A DNA stretch of 10,136 bases, filler included, from an uncultured virus (IMG/VR IMGVR_UViG_2061766007_000922) (lineage: Duplodnaviria > Heunggongvirae > Uroviricota > Caudoviricetes). It is 3 parts of one record of this genome, joined end to end, with 100 filler letters (N's around TTAATTAATTAA, not from the genome) between each part and the next. Parts side by side here need not be neighbours in the genome. Positions count along the whole stretch, not along the records: positions 1 to 7,362 come from IMGVR_UViG_2061766007_000922; positions 7,463 to 8,738 come from IMGVR_UViG_2061766007_000922; 1 more part is not named here. One strand, 5' to 3'. Position 1 is the first letter of the stretch, and the number at the start of each line of letters is the position of its first letter. Shown in pieces: positions 1 to 8,070 of this stretch. The notes beneath the pieces are model-generated. The model was given only the letters and a program-made list of their open reading frames with translations, was not told where the DNA came from and did no database searches. Position numbers and translations under genes: made by a program.

Positions 1-180
1 ACCGCGTTGCAAAAACTTCGATATAGTGTCGCTGTTGGCGTTGAGAATTGTCGCCTCCATCTCGTTATCGTTGAAAACGCGTGAACGGACGCATCGTGCG
101 TCAATACGCAATGCCGAAACATCGACCTGCACCATGTCGCGGTTCTGTGCCACAAGGCGTACAACTCTACCCCAAGCCAT
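1..180 (-). CDS. Putative baseplate hub protein, N-terminal part (runs off window start)
   Basis: Not in the ORF track. Reads MAWGRVVRLVAQNRDMVQVDVSALRIDARCVRSRVFNDNEMEATILNANSDTISKFLQRG from ATG at 180 with a GGAG RBS, overlapping the stop of the upstream baseplate gene. Function is inferred from its position after tape measure, Dit-like and small baseplate genes. Confidence 0.6.
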   Translation of the reverse strand, partial: MAWGRVVRLVAQNRDMVQVDVSALRIDARCVRSRVFNDNEMEATILNANSDTISKFLQRG

Positions 181-373
181 TAGCCTTCTCCCATGCCTTC
201 AAGTCGTTCTCGTCGATGTAGAACAAGCCCCATGAATCGCCAATAGCGTCATAATCGGAAAGGGGCTTGCCCTTGCCTTCGGACAACGGAAGCGCGATTA
301 TATCGCCCTTTATCGGTGAAATGGCCCTGTGCTCGTACAATATTGGGAACCGCTCCGTAATGCGGAACATGCC
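167..373 (-). CDS. Small phage baseplate protein (Pam3 gp18-like), C-terminal fragment, allele 1
   Basis: MFRITERFPILYEHRAISPIKGDIIALPLSEGKGKPLSDYDAIGDSWGLFYIDENDLKAWEKANGLG*. Overlaps the sequence of the gene starting at 2809. Confidence 0.65.
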   Translation of the reverse strand, partial: GMFRITERFPILYEHRAISPIKGDIIALPLSEGKGKPLSDYDAIGDSWGLFYIDENDLKAWEKANGLG

Positions 374-383
374 NNNNNNNNNN

Positions 384-730
384 ACGTTGTCAGATGAAAC
401 AACGATGTCCCACGCCTTTGCGCGTTCGCTCCATNNNNNNNNNNCTTGACTTCGGACAACGGAAGCGCGATTATGTCGCCCTTTATCGGGGAAATAGCCC
501 TGTGCTCGTACAATATTGGNNNNNNNNNNAATGAATCGCCAAGAGCGTCATAATCGGAAATGGGCTTACCCTTGCCTTCGGACAACGGAAGCGCAATTAT
601 GTCGCCCTTTATCGGGGAAATAGCCCTGTGCTCGTACAATATTGGGAACCGCTCCGTAATGCGGAACATTCCAAGTTCACCGTTGTCAGATGAAACAACG
701 ATGTCCCACGCCTTTGCGCGTTCGCTCCAT
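384..730 (-). repeat. Three further near-identical internal fragments of the small baseplate gene (384-434, 445-519, 530-730)
   Basis: Each matches 167-373 or 2558-2809 with a few mostly synonymous or conservative substitutions. They are separated by N10 gaps. Confidence 0.85.
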
Positions 731-740
731 NNNNNNNNNN

Positions 741-1034
741 GTTCCAAACGACTCAAACGGATACCTCAAGCGAAGCCGCAAGCACGCCGAGAAAGCCTGG
801 TCCAGCATTGGCCTTGTAGGGACGCTTGCACCCGAAGTCGAGGAGCGTTGGCCCATATTACGCCTGGTCGTGGATATGGGCTTGCCCTTGAGCGAAGTCG
901 AGCGCATGGACCTCAACGACATCCGACAGCTAAATGCGGTCCTGGATATGCGAAGGGACCACGACAGCGCCGCGGATGCGTGGCAGGCCGAAAACGTGAA
1001 GAAATCACAGAAGGAACGCACCAGTGGTAATTGA
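741..1034 (+). CDS. Pre-tape-measure ORF, probable tail assembly chaperone C-terminal part (5' truncated)
   Basis: Open frame ending ...EERWPILRLVVDMGLPLSEVERMDLNDIRQLNAVLDM...TSGN*, overlapping the tape-measure start. This is the usual position of tail assembly chaperones. Confidence 0.55.
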   Translation, partial: VPNDSNGYLKRSRKHAEKAWSSIGLVGTLAPEVEERWPILRLVVDMGLPLSEVERMDLNDIRQLNAVLDMRRDHDSAADAWQAENVKKSQKERTSGN

Positions 1035-2219
1035 GGAACTATACACTCGTCTCGGGTTCAAGGTAGACCCGAAGGGCATTGACAAGGCCAAGAGCTCACT
1101 CTCCAGCTTCAAGAAGTGGGTGGGTGGTATAGCCCTGGGAGCAGGTTTTGTGACTTTGGCAAAGACTGGCCTGGACGCTGCAATGACGATGGAGTCGCTG
1201 AATGCACAATTCACGGTCATGGCAGGGTCCGCAGAGCGTTCCCGAGACTTGCTTGCCGAGATTTCGGACTTTGCCGCAAAAACGCCATTCTCGAAGTTGG
1301 GGCTAGCGGACGCTAGTAAGACGCTCATGGCGTTCGGTCTGGAAGCCGACAATGTTGTCCCGACGCTCAAGATGCTGGGAGATGTCGCTGGAGCCGACCA
1401 GAACAAGCTAAATGGCCTCGCATTGGTGTTCGGACAGATACAAAGCACCGGCAAGCTCATGGGCCAGGATTTGCTCCAGCTCATAAATCAAGGATTTAAC
1501 CCGCTCACCGAAATATCGAAGCAGACCGGCATTTCTGTTGCGAAGCTGAAAGACGCGATGGCGCATGGGGCTATTTCCGCTGACATGGTGACTGCCGCGT
1601 TCAAGTCCGCGACAAGCGAGGGCGGTCTCTTTTACGGAAATCTCGAAGCACAGAGCCAAACGCTTCAAGGTCGTATTTCTACCTTGAAGGACAATTTCGT
1701 AACCGCCTTGCAGAACATGGCCGAGGCGTTCATGCCGCTATTGAAGGCTGGAGTCGATATGCTTGTCGCGTTCGACTGGACCCCGATTGTGGCAAGCATC
1801 CAGTCCGTCGGCGAAGCCATGAGCACGCTTCCAGAGATGCTGGAAACGATTGCGACCTGGGCCCGCCGTCTCGCGCCGCTGGTGTATGCCGTTTTCGCTC
1901 CTCGCATAAACGCCATGGTTATGCAGTATGTAGCGTCTATGCGGTCAGCGATTATGTCGTCGGGTATCTTTGCCAGAGTCCAAGGCGTTGTGCAACGCGC
2001 GGCGCTTGCAAGCGGTGCCGCCATGGGATACCAGGTGACGGCCATCGGGCTCCTAAAGTCCGCGATGTTTAGCCTGAAGGCGACCGCGGTTTCGTCGTTC
2101 AAGGCGATAGGGCTTGCCATGAAAACGGCACTCGGCCCGATAGGTATTGCGCTGATGGCGATTGAAGGCTTCGTCGAGGCGTACAACTATTTGAGCGGGA
2201 AGGCCGAACGGGATGCCAC
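1024..2219 (+). CDS. Phage tail tape measure protein, allele A (3' truncated at gap)
   Basis: N-terminus MVIEELYTRLGFKVD. Tape-measure domain motifs include FAAKTPFS, LKMLGDVAG, LALVFGQIQSTGKLMGQDLLQL and GGLFYGNLEAQSQTLQGRISTLKDN. The track ORF continuing to 2421 is a fusion across the gap. Confidence 0.9.
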
Positions 2220-2229
2220 NNNNNNNNNN

Positions 2230-2269
2230 AATTCCGGGCCTCCATCCTTATCTGTCTACCCCATACCAT
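2230..2269 (-). CDS. Baseplate hub start, divergent allele (fragment)
   Basis: MVWGRQIRMEARN aligns with MAWGRVVRLVAQN at 180 and has the same overlap with the upstream stop. Confidence 0.6.
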
Positions 2270-2486
2270 TCGCCACCTTCCAGTTCGCCACATCTTCGGG
2301 AGAAAGCCAGAAAAGACCCCAGGACTCGCCAAGCGCGTCATACTGGCTCAATGGCTTTCCCTTGCCATCGGAAAGAGGGAGGGCGATAATGTCGCCGTCG
2401 ATGGGGGAAATCGCCTTGTGAGAGAAAAGGATGGGCCAGCGCTCGACAATCCTGAAGGCGCCTATTTCGCCACGCTCCGAAGAAAT
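2256..2486 (-). CDS. Small baseplate protein, divergent allele (5' truncated)
   Basis: ISSERGEIGAFRIVERWPILFSHKAISPIDGDIIALPLSDGKGKPLSQYDALGESWGLFWLSPEDVANWKVANGMG* is colinear with allele 1. Confidence 0.75.
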   Translation of the reverse strand: MSSERGEIGAFRIVERWPILFSHKAISPIDGDIIALPLSDGKGKPLSQYDALGESWGLFWLSPEDVANWKVANGMG

Positions 2487-2557
2487 NNNNNNNNNNTAGA
2501 GAACGCAAGGCGATGGAACGAATAGTAGTCACCGTGTCCGTTCCGTTNNNNNNNNNN

Positions 2558-2809
2558 ATTGCCTTCGAACAACGGAAGCGCGATTATGTCGCCCTTTATC
2601 GGGGAAATGGCCCTGTGCTCGTACAATATTGGGAACCTCTCCGTAATTCGGAACATGCCCAGTTCCCCGTTGTCGGATGAAACAACGATGTCCCACGCCT
2701 TTGCGCGTTCGCTCCATACCAGGCGCAATGTCATTACAAGCTGTTCTGGAATAAGTACGCTTACGGTCTGGTCTGCACTTACGGAAGGATTAAACGGAAT
2801 ACGCAACAT
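2558..2809 (-). CDS. Small phage baseplate protein (Pam3 gp18-like), N-terminal part
   Basis: MLRIPFNPSVSADQTVSVLIPEQLVMTLRLVWSERAKAWDIVV with a GAGG RBS, directly downstream of the Dit-like gene. The IP...Q...L.W...W pattern is typical of this family. Confidence 0.65.
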
Positions 2810-2819
2810 GGTAAAAGCC

Positions 2820-3497
2820 TCACGGAACTATTTTGCCTATGATAAGTTGATTCTTGTCGGCATCGCTCGGCTCCGCAGCTACCTTCTGTCCGTTGTTCAC
2901 GCCGACCGCCGCAGAACGGTTTATGCCGGACTTCATGTCCTTCGGCTGAACCGGCCCCGATACTACAGTCTCCGTTAGGCTTACCGTCTGAATCTGCCGG
3001 AAATTTATCTTTATTTCGAGCGCTTCGCCTGTTTCTCCGTCTCGATCAGTCTCGATGTCAGTAATGACTACGTTGTCGTAAGTTTCGAGCGATGTAACGA
3101 TCTTGACGGTCTGTTTCTTGTCCATCAAGTCCTTCAAGTCGTTCCATGCGTCTCTAGCGCGGTTCTTGAGATGGTCTTTCCATTGCGCCATGTTCATCAA
3201 TGTCTCGGCGTTCTGTTTTTCATCGTCGATTTTCTGGACGTGCTTCAATGAATGGTTAGACACAAGAGCAGTGAGTGAGCCTTCGCGGAGCTGTAGATAA
3301 ATGCCATCGCTAACAGCGCGCCCGTCCTGTAACGGATTCTCCGTCACTACGGCATGTTTCGAATGGTTCTCGTCAAGTATAAGGTCAATGTCAATTTCGC
3401 CTACGCTGTAGCCTTCTTTCGGGTAAAAAAGGCTTGTAGGTATAAGAGACTTAATGTCGAGCCTGTCGCCAAAAATAGAATTGAGTACGCTAACCAT
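2820..3497 (-). CDS. Dit-like phage baseplate/tail initiator protein
   Basis: Complete 225 aa with a GGAG RBS, directly after the tape measure. Motifs IDLILDENHS..AVVTENPLQDG..VSD and VKIVTSLETYDNVVIT...LEIKINFRQIQ. Confidence 0.75.
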   Translation of the reverse strand: MVSVLNSIFGDRLDIKSLIPTSLFYPKEGYSVGEIDIDLILDENHSKHAVVTENPLQDGRAVSDGIYLQLREGSLTALVSNHSLKHVQKIDDEKQNAETLMNMAQWKDHLKNRARDAWNDLKDLMDKKQTVKIVTSLETYDNVVITDIETDRDGETGEALEIKINFRQIQTVSLTETVVSGPVQPKDMKSGINRSAAVGVNNGQKVAAEPSDADKNQLIIGKIVP

Positions 3498-3506
3498 GAC
3501 CCGCTC

Positions 3507-4406
3507 CTAGATTGTAGTTATGAAGGCTTCCTTGAGCTTTGTATTGAAGGCGGCATCGAAAGCCTGTCGGGAAATATCGCTAATGTTGAACTTGCGCGTG
3601 TTGTCCTCGACCGCCTTCGTGTTCTTTTTCGTCGATTTAGAACTTTCGTTTAGCGCCTTCGTCATTTCGGCGATTTGCTTTGCCAAGTCGGAACTGCCGG
3701 ACAACGGAGACTTGACTACACCAGCCTTTACTTCAAACTCCATGCCGGTCTTTTCCTTGTAAACATCCTTCAATGCGTTTACAAAGGATTCTCGTTTACG
3801 GATGTTCATCTGTAAAGACTCAAGTTCCTTTGACGCTTCTTTTCCTTCGTCGCCACCCATAGCGGCACGCTCCTGCAGTTTCTTAGCCCTAGCCTTCATT
3901 CCTTCCTGCTGGACTACAACTTCGCTAACAACCTGTTCGCGTGTCTTTTGTCCCTTGGCTACGTTCTGCGCTATATAGCGTCTTGCGGATTCCCGTTGTT
4001 CCTCCGTTGCCTTTTCCCTAGACTTTCCTTCAAGCCAGTTGTAAGCCTCTACAAAACCTTCGATAGCGATCAACGCAATACCGATTGGACCTAGTGCCGT
4101 TTTCATGGCGATTCCGATAGACTTTATACCGCCAACGGCAATGCCCTTGAAACTTGTAAAAGACAAAGTAAGATTGCTGAAAGCCGTCATTCCGGCTTCT
4201 GCCGCCCTTGCAAAAGACGTTACCAAGGTCCTCTGCAAATCCCTTGTCGCAAATGCTATCACGGCGATAGAAAGACGCCTAACCCATGTAATGACGGTCT
4301 CGAACGGAATTGATGTCAAGGCGTTTCCGAAAGATTTTACCGTTTCGACAATGGGTGTCCAATCATACGAAACAAGCATATCGACGCCGTTCTTTAGCAG
4401 CGGAAG
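3507..4406 (-). CDS. Phage tail tape measure protein, allele B, C-terminal part (5' truncated)
   Basis: Frame is open to the gap (LPLLKNGVDMLVSYDWTPIV...). Shares GVDML..DWTPIV and AMKTALGPIGIAL.AIEGFVEAYN with allele A and is followed by the Dit-like gene. Confidence 0.85.
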   Translation of the reverse strand, partial: LPLLKNGVDMLVSYDWTPIVETVKSFGNALTSIPFETVITWVRRLSIAVIAFATRDLQRTLVTSFARAAEAGMTAFSNLTLSFTSFKGIAVGGIKSIGIAMKTALGPIGIALIAIEGFVEAYNWLEGKSREKATEEQRESARRYIAQNVAKGQKTREQVVSEVVVQQEGMKARAKKLQERAAMGGDEGKEASKELESLQMNIRKRESFVNALKDVYKEKTGMEFEVKAGVVKSPLSGSSDLAKQIAEMTKALNESSKSTKKNTKAVEDNTRKFNISDISRQAFDAAFNTKLKEAFITTI

Positions 4407-4416
4407 NNNNNNNNNN

Positions 4417-4458
4417 AGTAGCGAGTAATGCCACGGTCATGATCAATTTGGTTCTCAT
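4417..4458 (-). CDS. Start of putative exported protein, allele 2 (fragment)
   Basis: MRTKLIMTVALLAT after a GGAG RBS; duplicate of 4540-4581. Confidence 0.5.
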
Positions 4459-4539
4459 TGAATTTTCTCCTTTATTTTTTGCAGTTCTTTGAACGGAATA
4501 ATCTTTTCCAGGTATTGGCAGGCATGCCANNNNNNNNNN

Positions 4540-4581
4540 TGTGGCGAGCAATGCCACGGTCATGATTAATTTGGTTTTCAT
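4540..4581 (-). CDS. Start of putative exported protein or lipoprotein (fragment)
   Basis: MKTKLIMTVALLAT has a basic N-terminus plus a hydrophobic stretch, like a signal peptide. GGAG RBS and ATGA overlap with the upstream stop. Confidence 0.5.
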
Positions 4582-4796
4582 TGAATTTTCTCCTTTATTT
4601 TTTGCAGTTCTTTGAAAGGAATAATCTTTTCCAGGTCTTGGCAGGCATGCCAAGGGTTAATCCAGCGGTTAATCATGAGGACAAGTTGTACATCGCTCGG
4701 GCATTCGTTCTGGTGATCCATGCGATGAGGAGCTACAATTGCATACAGCTTCTTTGCTTTTTCTAGACGCTGTTTATCATATTCTGTTAGCGCCAT
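4578..4796 (-). CDS. Hypothetical phage protein (72 aa)
   Basis: Complete ORF MALTEYDKQRLEKAKK... tightly coupled to both neighbours. Confidence 0.7.
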   Translation of the reverse strand: MALTEYDKQRLEKAKKLYAIVAPHRMDHQNECPSDVQLVLMINRWINPWHACQDLEKIIPFKELQKIKEKIQ

Positions 4797-4839
4797 TGTT
4801 TACCGTTCCTTCTTGAAAAATAGTTTTCCNNNNNNNNNN

Positions 4840-4990
4840 TTTTGGCCTGTTCCTTATGCTGCAAATTTTCGTAATTGTCGTTTGTAAGACTCTTTGCGAT
4901 GTCAATTAACTGTCTTGCATGTTCAAGTATATTATTGCAGTAGTACTTTGTATTGCTCCAATCTACTCTATTGTATTCTGTTAGCGCCAT
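4840..4990 (-). CDS. Hypothetical protein, alternative allele sharing the MALTEY start (3' truncated)
   Basis: Same upstream sequence and first six codons as 4578-4796, then diverges. Confidence 0.6.
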
Positions 4991-4993
4991 TGT

Positions 4994-5364
4994 TTACCGT
5001 TCCTTCTTGAAAAATAGTTTTCCTTCTGGAGTTATCCATAATGACGGCCTGTTTCCGTCCGCCAGTTCGTTGGCGTTTTCGTGGCACAGCTTGAGCCATT
5101 GAATTGTGTTCTTTGCGACTACTTTCGCCTTCTTGTCCTTTACCATGCCTTCGGCTTGCTCGATAAGCATGCGAATTGCGGCCCTGTAGCCTNNNNNNNN
5201 NNAGCTAGCTCGTTAGCGTTTTCGTGGCACAGCTTGAGCCATTGAATCGTATTCTTTGCGACTACTTTCGCCTTCTTGTCCTTTGCCATGCCTTCGGATT
5301 GCTCAATAAGCATGCGAATTGCGGCCCTGTAGCCTTCCATGAAGGCGATGTTTATGCGTTGCAA
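4994..5364 (-). CDS. Hypothetical phage protein, present as two overlapping allele fragments (4994-5192, 5203-5364)
   Basis: TTG start with a GGAGG RBS. Composite sequence MQRINIAFMEGYRAAIRMLIEQ...CHENANELADGNRPSLWITPEGKLFFKKER*. Confidence 0.7.
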
Positions 5365-5492
5365 ATCTTCACCTCCGTTATTTTTTCCCTAAATCCGTTT
5401 GCGCAGCATTCGCATAACGGCACGAACCCGCGCATCCATCGCATGCGATACTCCTTGCACTTTCGTTCACGTCTGCACCACCAGCAATTCAT
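5352..5492 (-). CDS. Small Cys-rich protein (46 aa), possible zinc finger
   Basis: Not in the track. MNCWWCRRERKCKEYRMRWMRGFVPLCECCANGFREKITEVKICNA* fills the gap between two genes, has a GGGGA RBS, and has a homologous C-terminus at 8680-8738. Confidence 0.65.
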   Translation of the reverse strand: MNCWWCRRERKCKEYRMRWMRGFVPLCECCANGFREKITEVKICNA

Positions 5493-5495
5493 GCG

Positions 5496-5942
5496 TCATT
5501 CCCCAGTGTGGATAATGACCGGCTTTACATCGCCTTCTATGGCTCGAATAGCGTCAAGTAGTGCATCTTCCAGGTCAAGATCAACGGCGCATTTTCTATC
5601 AATCGAAGGCCTGCAAGCCGCNNNNNNNNNNAGAATAGCGTCAAGTAGTGCATCTTCCAGGTCAAGATCAACGGCGCATTCTTTAGCGTTTGATGGCCTG
5701 CAAGCCGCCTTGGCGTAATCGTACACGCCTACAGCCAAACGAGCGCCATCCGGCAAAGTATAGNNNNNNNNNNCGTTTGATGGCCTGCAAGCCGCCTTGT
5801 CGTAATCGTACACGCCTACAGCCAAACGAGCGCCATCCGGCAAAGTATAGCCGACAATCGCATGGTCGAAATTATCCGGAAGAAGGATTGCCTTGCCTTC
5901 GATGACTTCAGCCGCCTTGAGTATCATTTCTCGTTTATTCAA
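5496..5942 (-). CDS. Hypothetical phage protein, split over overlapping allele fragments
   Basis: TTG start at 5942 after GGAG. Composite MNKREMILKAAEVIEGKAILLPDNFDHAIVGY...VGVYDYDK...GDVKPVIIHTGE*. The FD.AI.G...VYDYDK pattern resembles a common uncharacterised phage family. Further start fragments lie at 5974-6008 and 6505-6554. Confidence 0.65.
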   Translation of the reverse strand: MNKREMILKAAEVIEGKAILLPDNFDHAIVGYTLPDGARLAVGVYDYDKAACRPSNXXXXYTLPDGARLAVGVYDYAKAACRPSNAKECAVDLDLEDALLDAIXXXXAACRPSIDRKCAVDLDLEDALLDAIRAIEGDVKPVIIHTGE

Positions 5943-6274
5943 TCTGAACTCCTTTTTTAAACANNNNNNNNNNGCGGCGGCCTTCATTATTTTATCGCGA
6001 ATACTCAACTTTGAAACCTCTTTTTTTTGCATATAAAATTAGATTTTGCGCGTGCGCATGAAACTTATTTCTTTATTACAAAAAACTTACCGATTTCTGG
6101 CCCATGCCTCTCACTGGTGCAAATCCCAGCGGTGAGTTTATAGACAAAAGTCAATAGGTAAAACAAAATTTTTTCATTTTTTTTCTATGCAGCCTCCTTT
6201 TGCGTTTTCTTCATCGACCTTCTTGCNNNNNNNNNNTGTCATTTGTCTACCTCTTTGTTTTTGGTTTTCGTTTC

Positions 6275-6309
6275 GTCTATAATATACATAATTTATAGAC
6301 AAAAGTCAA
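6275..6309 (-). promoter_or_regulatory. Sigma70-type promoter with overlapping inverted repeat (candidate operator)
   Basis: TTGACT (6309-6304), 17-nt spacer, TATATT (6286-6281), with an A-tract upstream. Inverted repeat GTCTATAA-N10-TTATAGAC at 6275-6300. Downstream GAGG RBS and ATG at 6242. Confidence 0.75.
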
Positions 6310-6342
6310 TAGGAAAAACAAAATTTTTTCATTTTTTTTTTT

Positions 6343-6494
6343 CTATGCAGCCTCCTTTTGCGTTTTCTTCATCGACCTTCTTGCCTTGGCGCGGTATTCC
6401 TTGAGCCAGGCATCCATGGCGATGTGGGCCTTCTCGCTCGGCTTTATATCGTCCTTGTCCTCGTCGGCGTAGAATTGCCCCAGGGAACCGTCCG
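6343..6494 (-). CDS. C-terminal fragment of a phage protein, possibly PcfJ-like
   Basis: DGSLGQFYADEDKDDIKPSEKAHIAMDAWLKEYRAKARRSMKKTQKEAA*. The end is duplicated at 6185-6226. PcfJ resemblance (GQFY...P...W) is from memory only. Confidence 0.45.
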
Positions 6495-6634
6495 NNNNNN
6501 NNNNTTGCCTTCGATGACTTCAGCCGCCTTGAGTACCATTTCTCGTTTATTCAATTTGAACTCCTTTTTTACACATAAAACTAGAATATGCGGAGGGCGC
6601 AAGAAATTACTTTTTTATTACAAAAACATTACGT

Positions 6635-7362
6635 TCAAAAAAGAGACTGCTGGCAGTCCTTTTGCGCTCCATCGTCGTAGAATCGCCCCATAAGCTCGCG
6701 ATATTCGTCTGGAGTGCCGTTGTAATATAGCCTTTCCTTGCATGTCTTTCTTGTGGCGCCTACTGACACTGACATGAGCTGCATTTTCTTGAATTCGGCA
6801 ACGCAAGTAAACGGGGCATCGTATTCGCTTAAAAATGCGTTGATTTTTAAGTCTTTTTTAAGCGACTTGAAAAGGTCGTAAAATCTATCGTAATCGAACT
6901 CGAAATCATACTTGTTCGTTCCCTTGTACGGAATGTCAAAATAGACAACATCAAATTCCTTATAGTCAATATCGAAAATATCCAACCGTTCCAACCGTTC
7001 CAACCGTTCCAACCGTTCCAACCGTTCCAACCGTTCCAGCCGATACAGGCGTTCGAGCTTTTGCAAGCGATTTTTATCCTCGCTATCGTAGGTATTTATC
7101 AGCGCGTGGAATTTCAGGAAAAACTTTCGCCGTTGATCGAGCGTGTCGGCGGTAAGCATCTGCTCCGCAGCGAGCTTATATTCTTCTATCTGTTTTCCGT
7201 ACAGGTACGTCTTGCCATCGTTGCCGAACGAGGCACAATATTTGTTCACGCAGTCCTGAATGGTGAAGTCCCCGTTTTCGATGCGTTGTAGGCTATTTGC
7301 GAAATCGTCGCGGGTGCAGACGGGCGGGTGTTCGTATTCAATCTGCCCCTTGTGAATCAGTA
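6635..7362 (-). CDS. Dam-like DNA N6-adenine methyltransferase, C-terminal part (5' truncated)
   Basis: Frame is open to the gap at 7362. Catalytic-motif variant VVYFDIPY, followed by FDYDRFY and FLSEY, plus SFGNDG and an LER repeat as seen in this phage family. The SAM-binding motif is not visible. Confidence 0.75.
6981..7042. repeat. 9-bp coding tandem repeat (TCCAACCGT x6 plus one imperfect copy)
   Basis: Six perfect units at 6981-7034, encoding (LER)n in the methyltransferase. Confidence 0.95.
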
Positions 7363-7462
7363 NNNNNNNNNNNNNNNNNNNNNNNNNNNNNNNNNNNNNN
7401 NNNNNNTTAATTAATTAANNNNNNNNNNNNNNNNNNNNNNNNNNNNNNNNNNNNNNNNNNNN
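7363..7462. other. Artificial contig linker N44-TTAATTAATTAA-N44
   Basis: Exactly 100 nt, with stop codons in all six frames. Identical to 8739-8838. Confidence 0.95.
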
Positions 7463-7699
7463 CCCGTCCTTGTATTCGACGCAGATAGCCCAGCCGAATA
7501 TGTGCAGGAATCCGTTGATGAAGGTCAGCAGCCCGGTCGCCCTGAAAGCGTCCCATGACATTTCTCGAACTTCCTTATGGACGACAACCGGCGACACTTT
7601 ATTTTTGACGGCCGGACGCCCGGATTCCATCGAGACGAGCGCTTCCAGCACCGACTCTTTTGTAACTTCATCCATCTTCTCTACTTTGTTCTTTGTCAT
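7463..7699 (-). CDS. Hypothetical phage protein (3' truncated)
   Basis: ATG at 7699 after AAGGAG, with an ATGA overlap. Contains SWDAFRATGLLTFINGFLHIFGWAI, resembling a widespread uncharacterised phage family. Confidence 0.7.
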
Positions 7700-7757
7700 T
7701 GTTTCATCTCCTTTTCGTTCCAGGGGTTCTTGACTTCGATCGGCATCATGCAGGTGT
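7696..7757 (-). CDS. C-terminal fragment of the zinc-ribbon protein, alternative allele
   Basis: TCMMPIEVKNPWNEKEMKQ* matches the end of 8071-8372. Confidence 0.6.
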
Positions 7758-7767
7758 NNNNNNNNNN

Positions 7768-7821
7768 GTAATCGAGTCCGAGGTGTACGGCCTCGCAAAT
7801 CTTGAACGTGCGTTTATCCAT
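7768..7821 (-). CDS. Start of hypothetical protein (fragment)
   Basis: MDKRTFKICEAVHLGLDY after an AAGGAG RBS. Confidence 0.5.
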
Positions 7822-7825
7822 AATT

Positions 7826-7990
7826 TTAAAACTCCTTAAATTCTCCAGTTATGGTACTGGCTTTATATTTCTTTTTACACTTTGTACATTCAAACAAAGC
7901 GTAACCGAAAACTATTTGCATTAACGGTGATTTGTCAATCAAATCAAGATCACCGCCACAAGTACATGTTGGGTGTATTACGCGTTGCAT
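7826..7990 (-). CDS. Small zinc-ribbon protein (54 aa)
   Basis: Not in the track. MQRVIHPTCTCGGDLDLIDKSPLMQIVFGYALFECTKCKKKYKASTITGEFKEF* with an AAGGAG RBS and CxC...CxxC ligands. Confidence 0.7.
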   Translation of the reverse strand: MQRVIHPTCTCGGDLDLIDKSPLMQIVFGYALFECTKCKKKYKASTITGEFKEF

Positions 7991-8070
7991 TACTTCATCT
8001 CCTTATAGTTTATGTAGATCCGAAAAAGACTTCCAGCCACGTTCGGTGAACTGCGTGCTGTACACTTATC

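Noticed and set aside
167..730. Diversity-generating retroelement or shufflon explaining the repeated baseplate fragments
   Set aside because: No reverse transcriptase or recombinase is in view, differences are mostly synonymous or conservative and not adenine-specific, and every copy is bounded by gaps.
1005..2186. Antisense ORFs over the tape measure gene, and similar plus-strand ORFs over 2559-4428, 5224-5718 and 8321-8665
   Set aside because: They are shadows of well-supported genes on the opposite strand, with no recognisable motifs.
741..2219. Genuine inversion of the tape-measure segment
   Set aside because: Both ends are N gaps with no inverted repeats visible, so orientation is probably a scaffolding effect.
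2497..2547. Possible gene start MERIVVTVSVP on the plus strand
   Set aside because: An isolated 51-nt fragment that is too short to assign.
6981..7042. CRISPR array or replication iterons
   Set aside because: The units have no spacers and lie in frame within a CDS.
7407..7418. TTAATTAATTAA palindrome (also at 8783-8794) as a biological site
   Set aside because: It is centred in exactly 100-nt N-padded blocks and gives six-frame stops, so it is an artificial linker.
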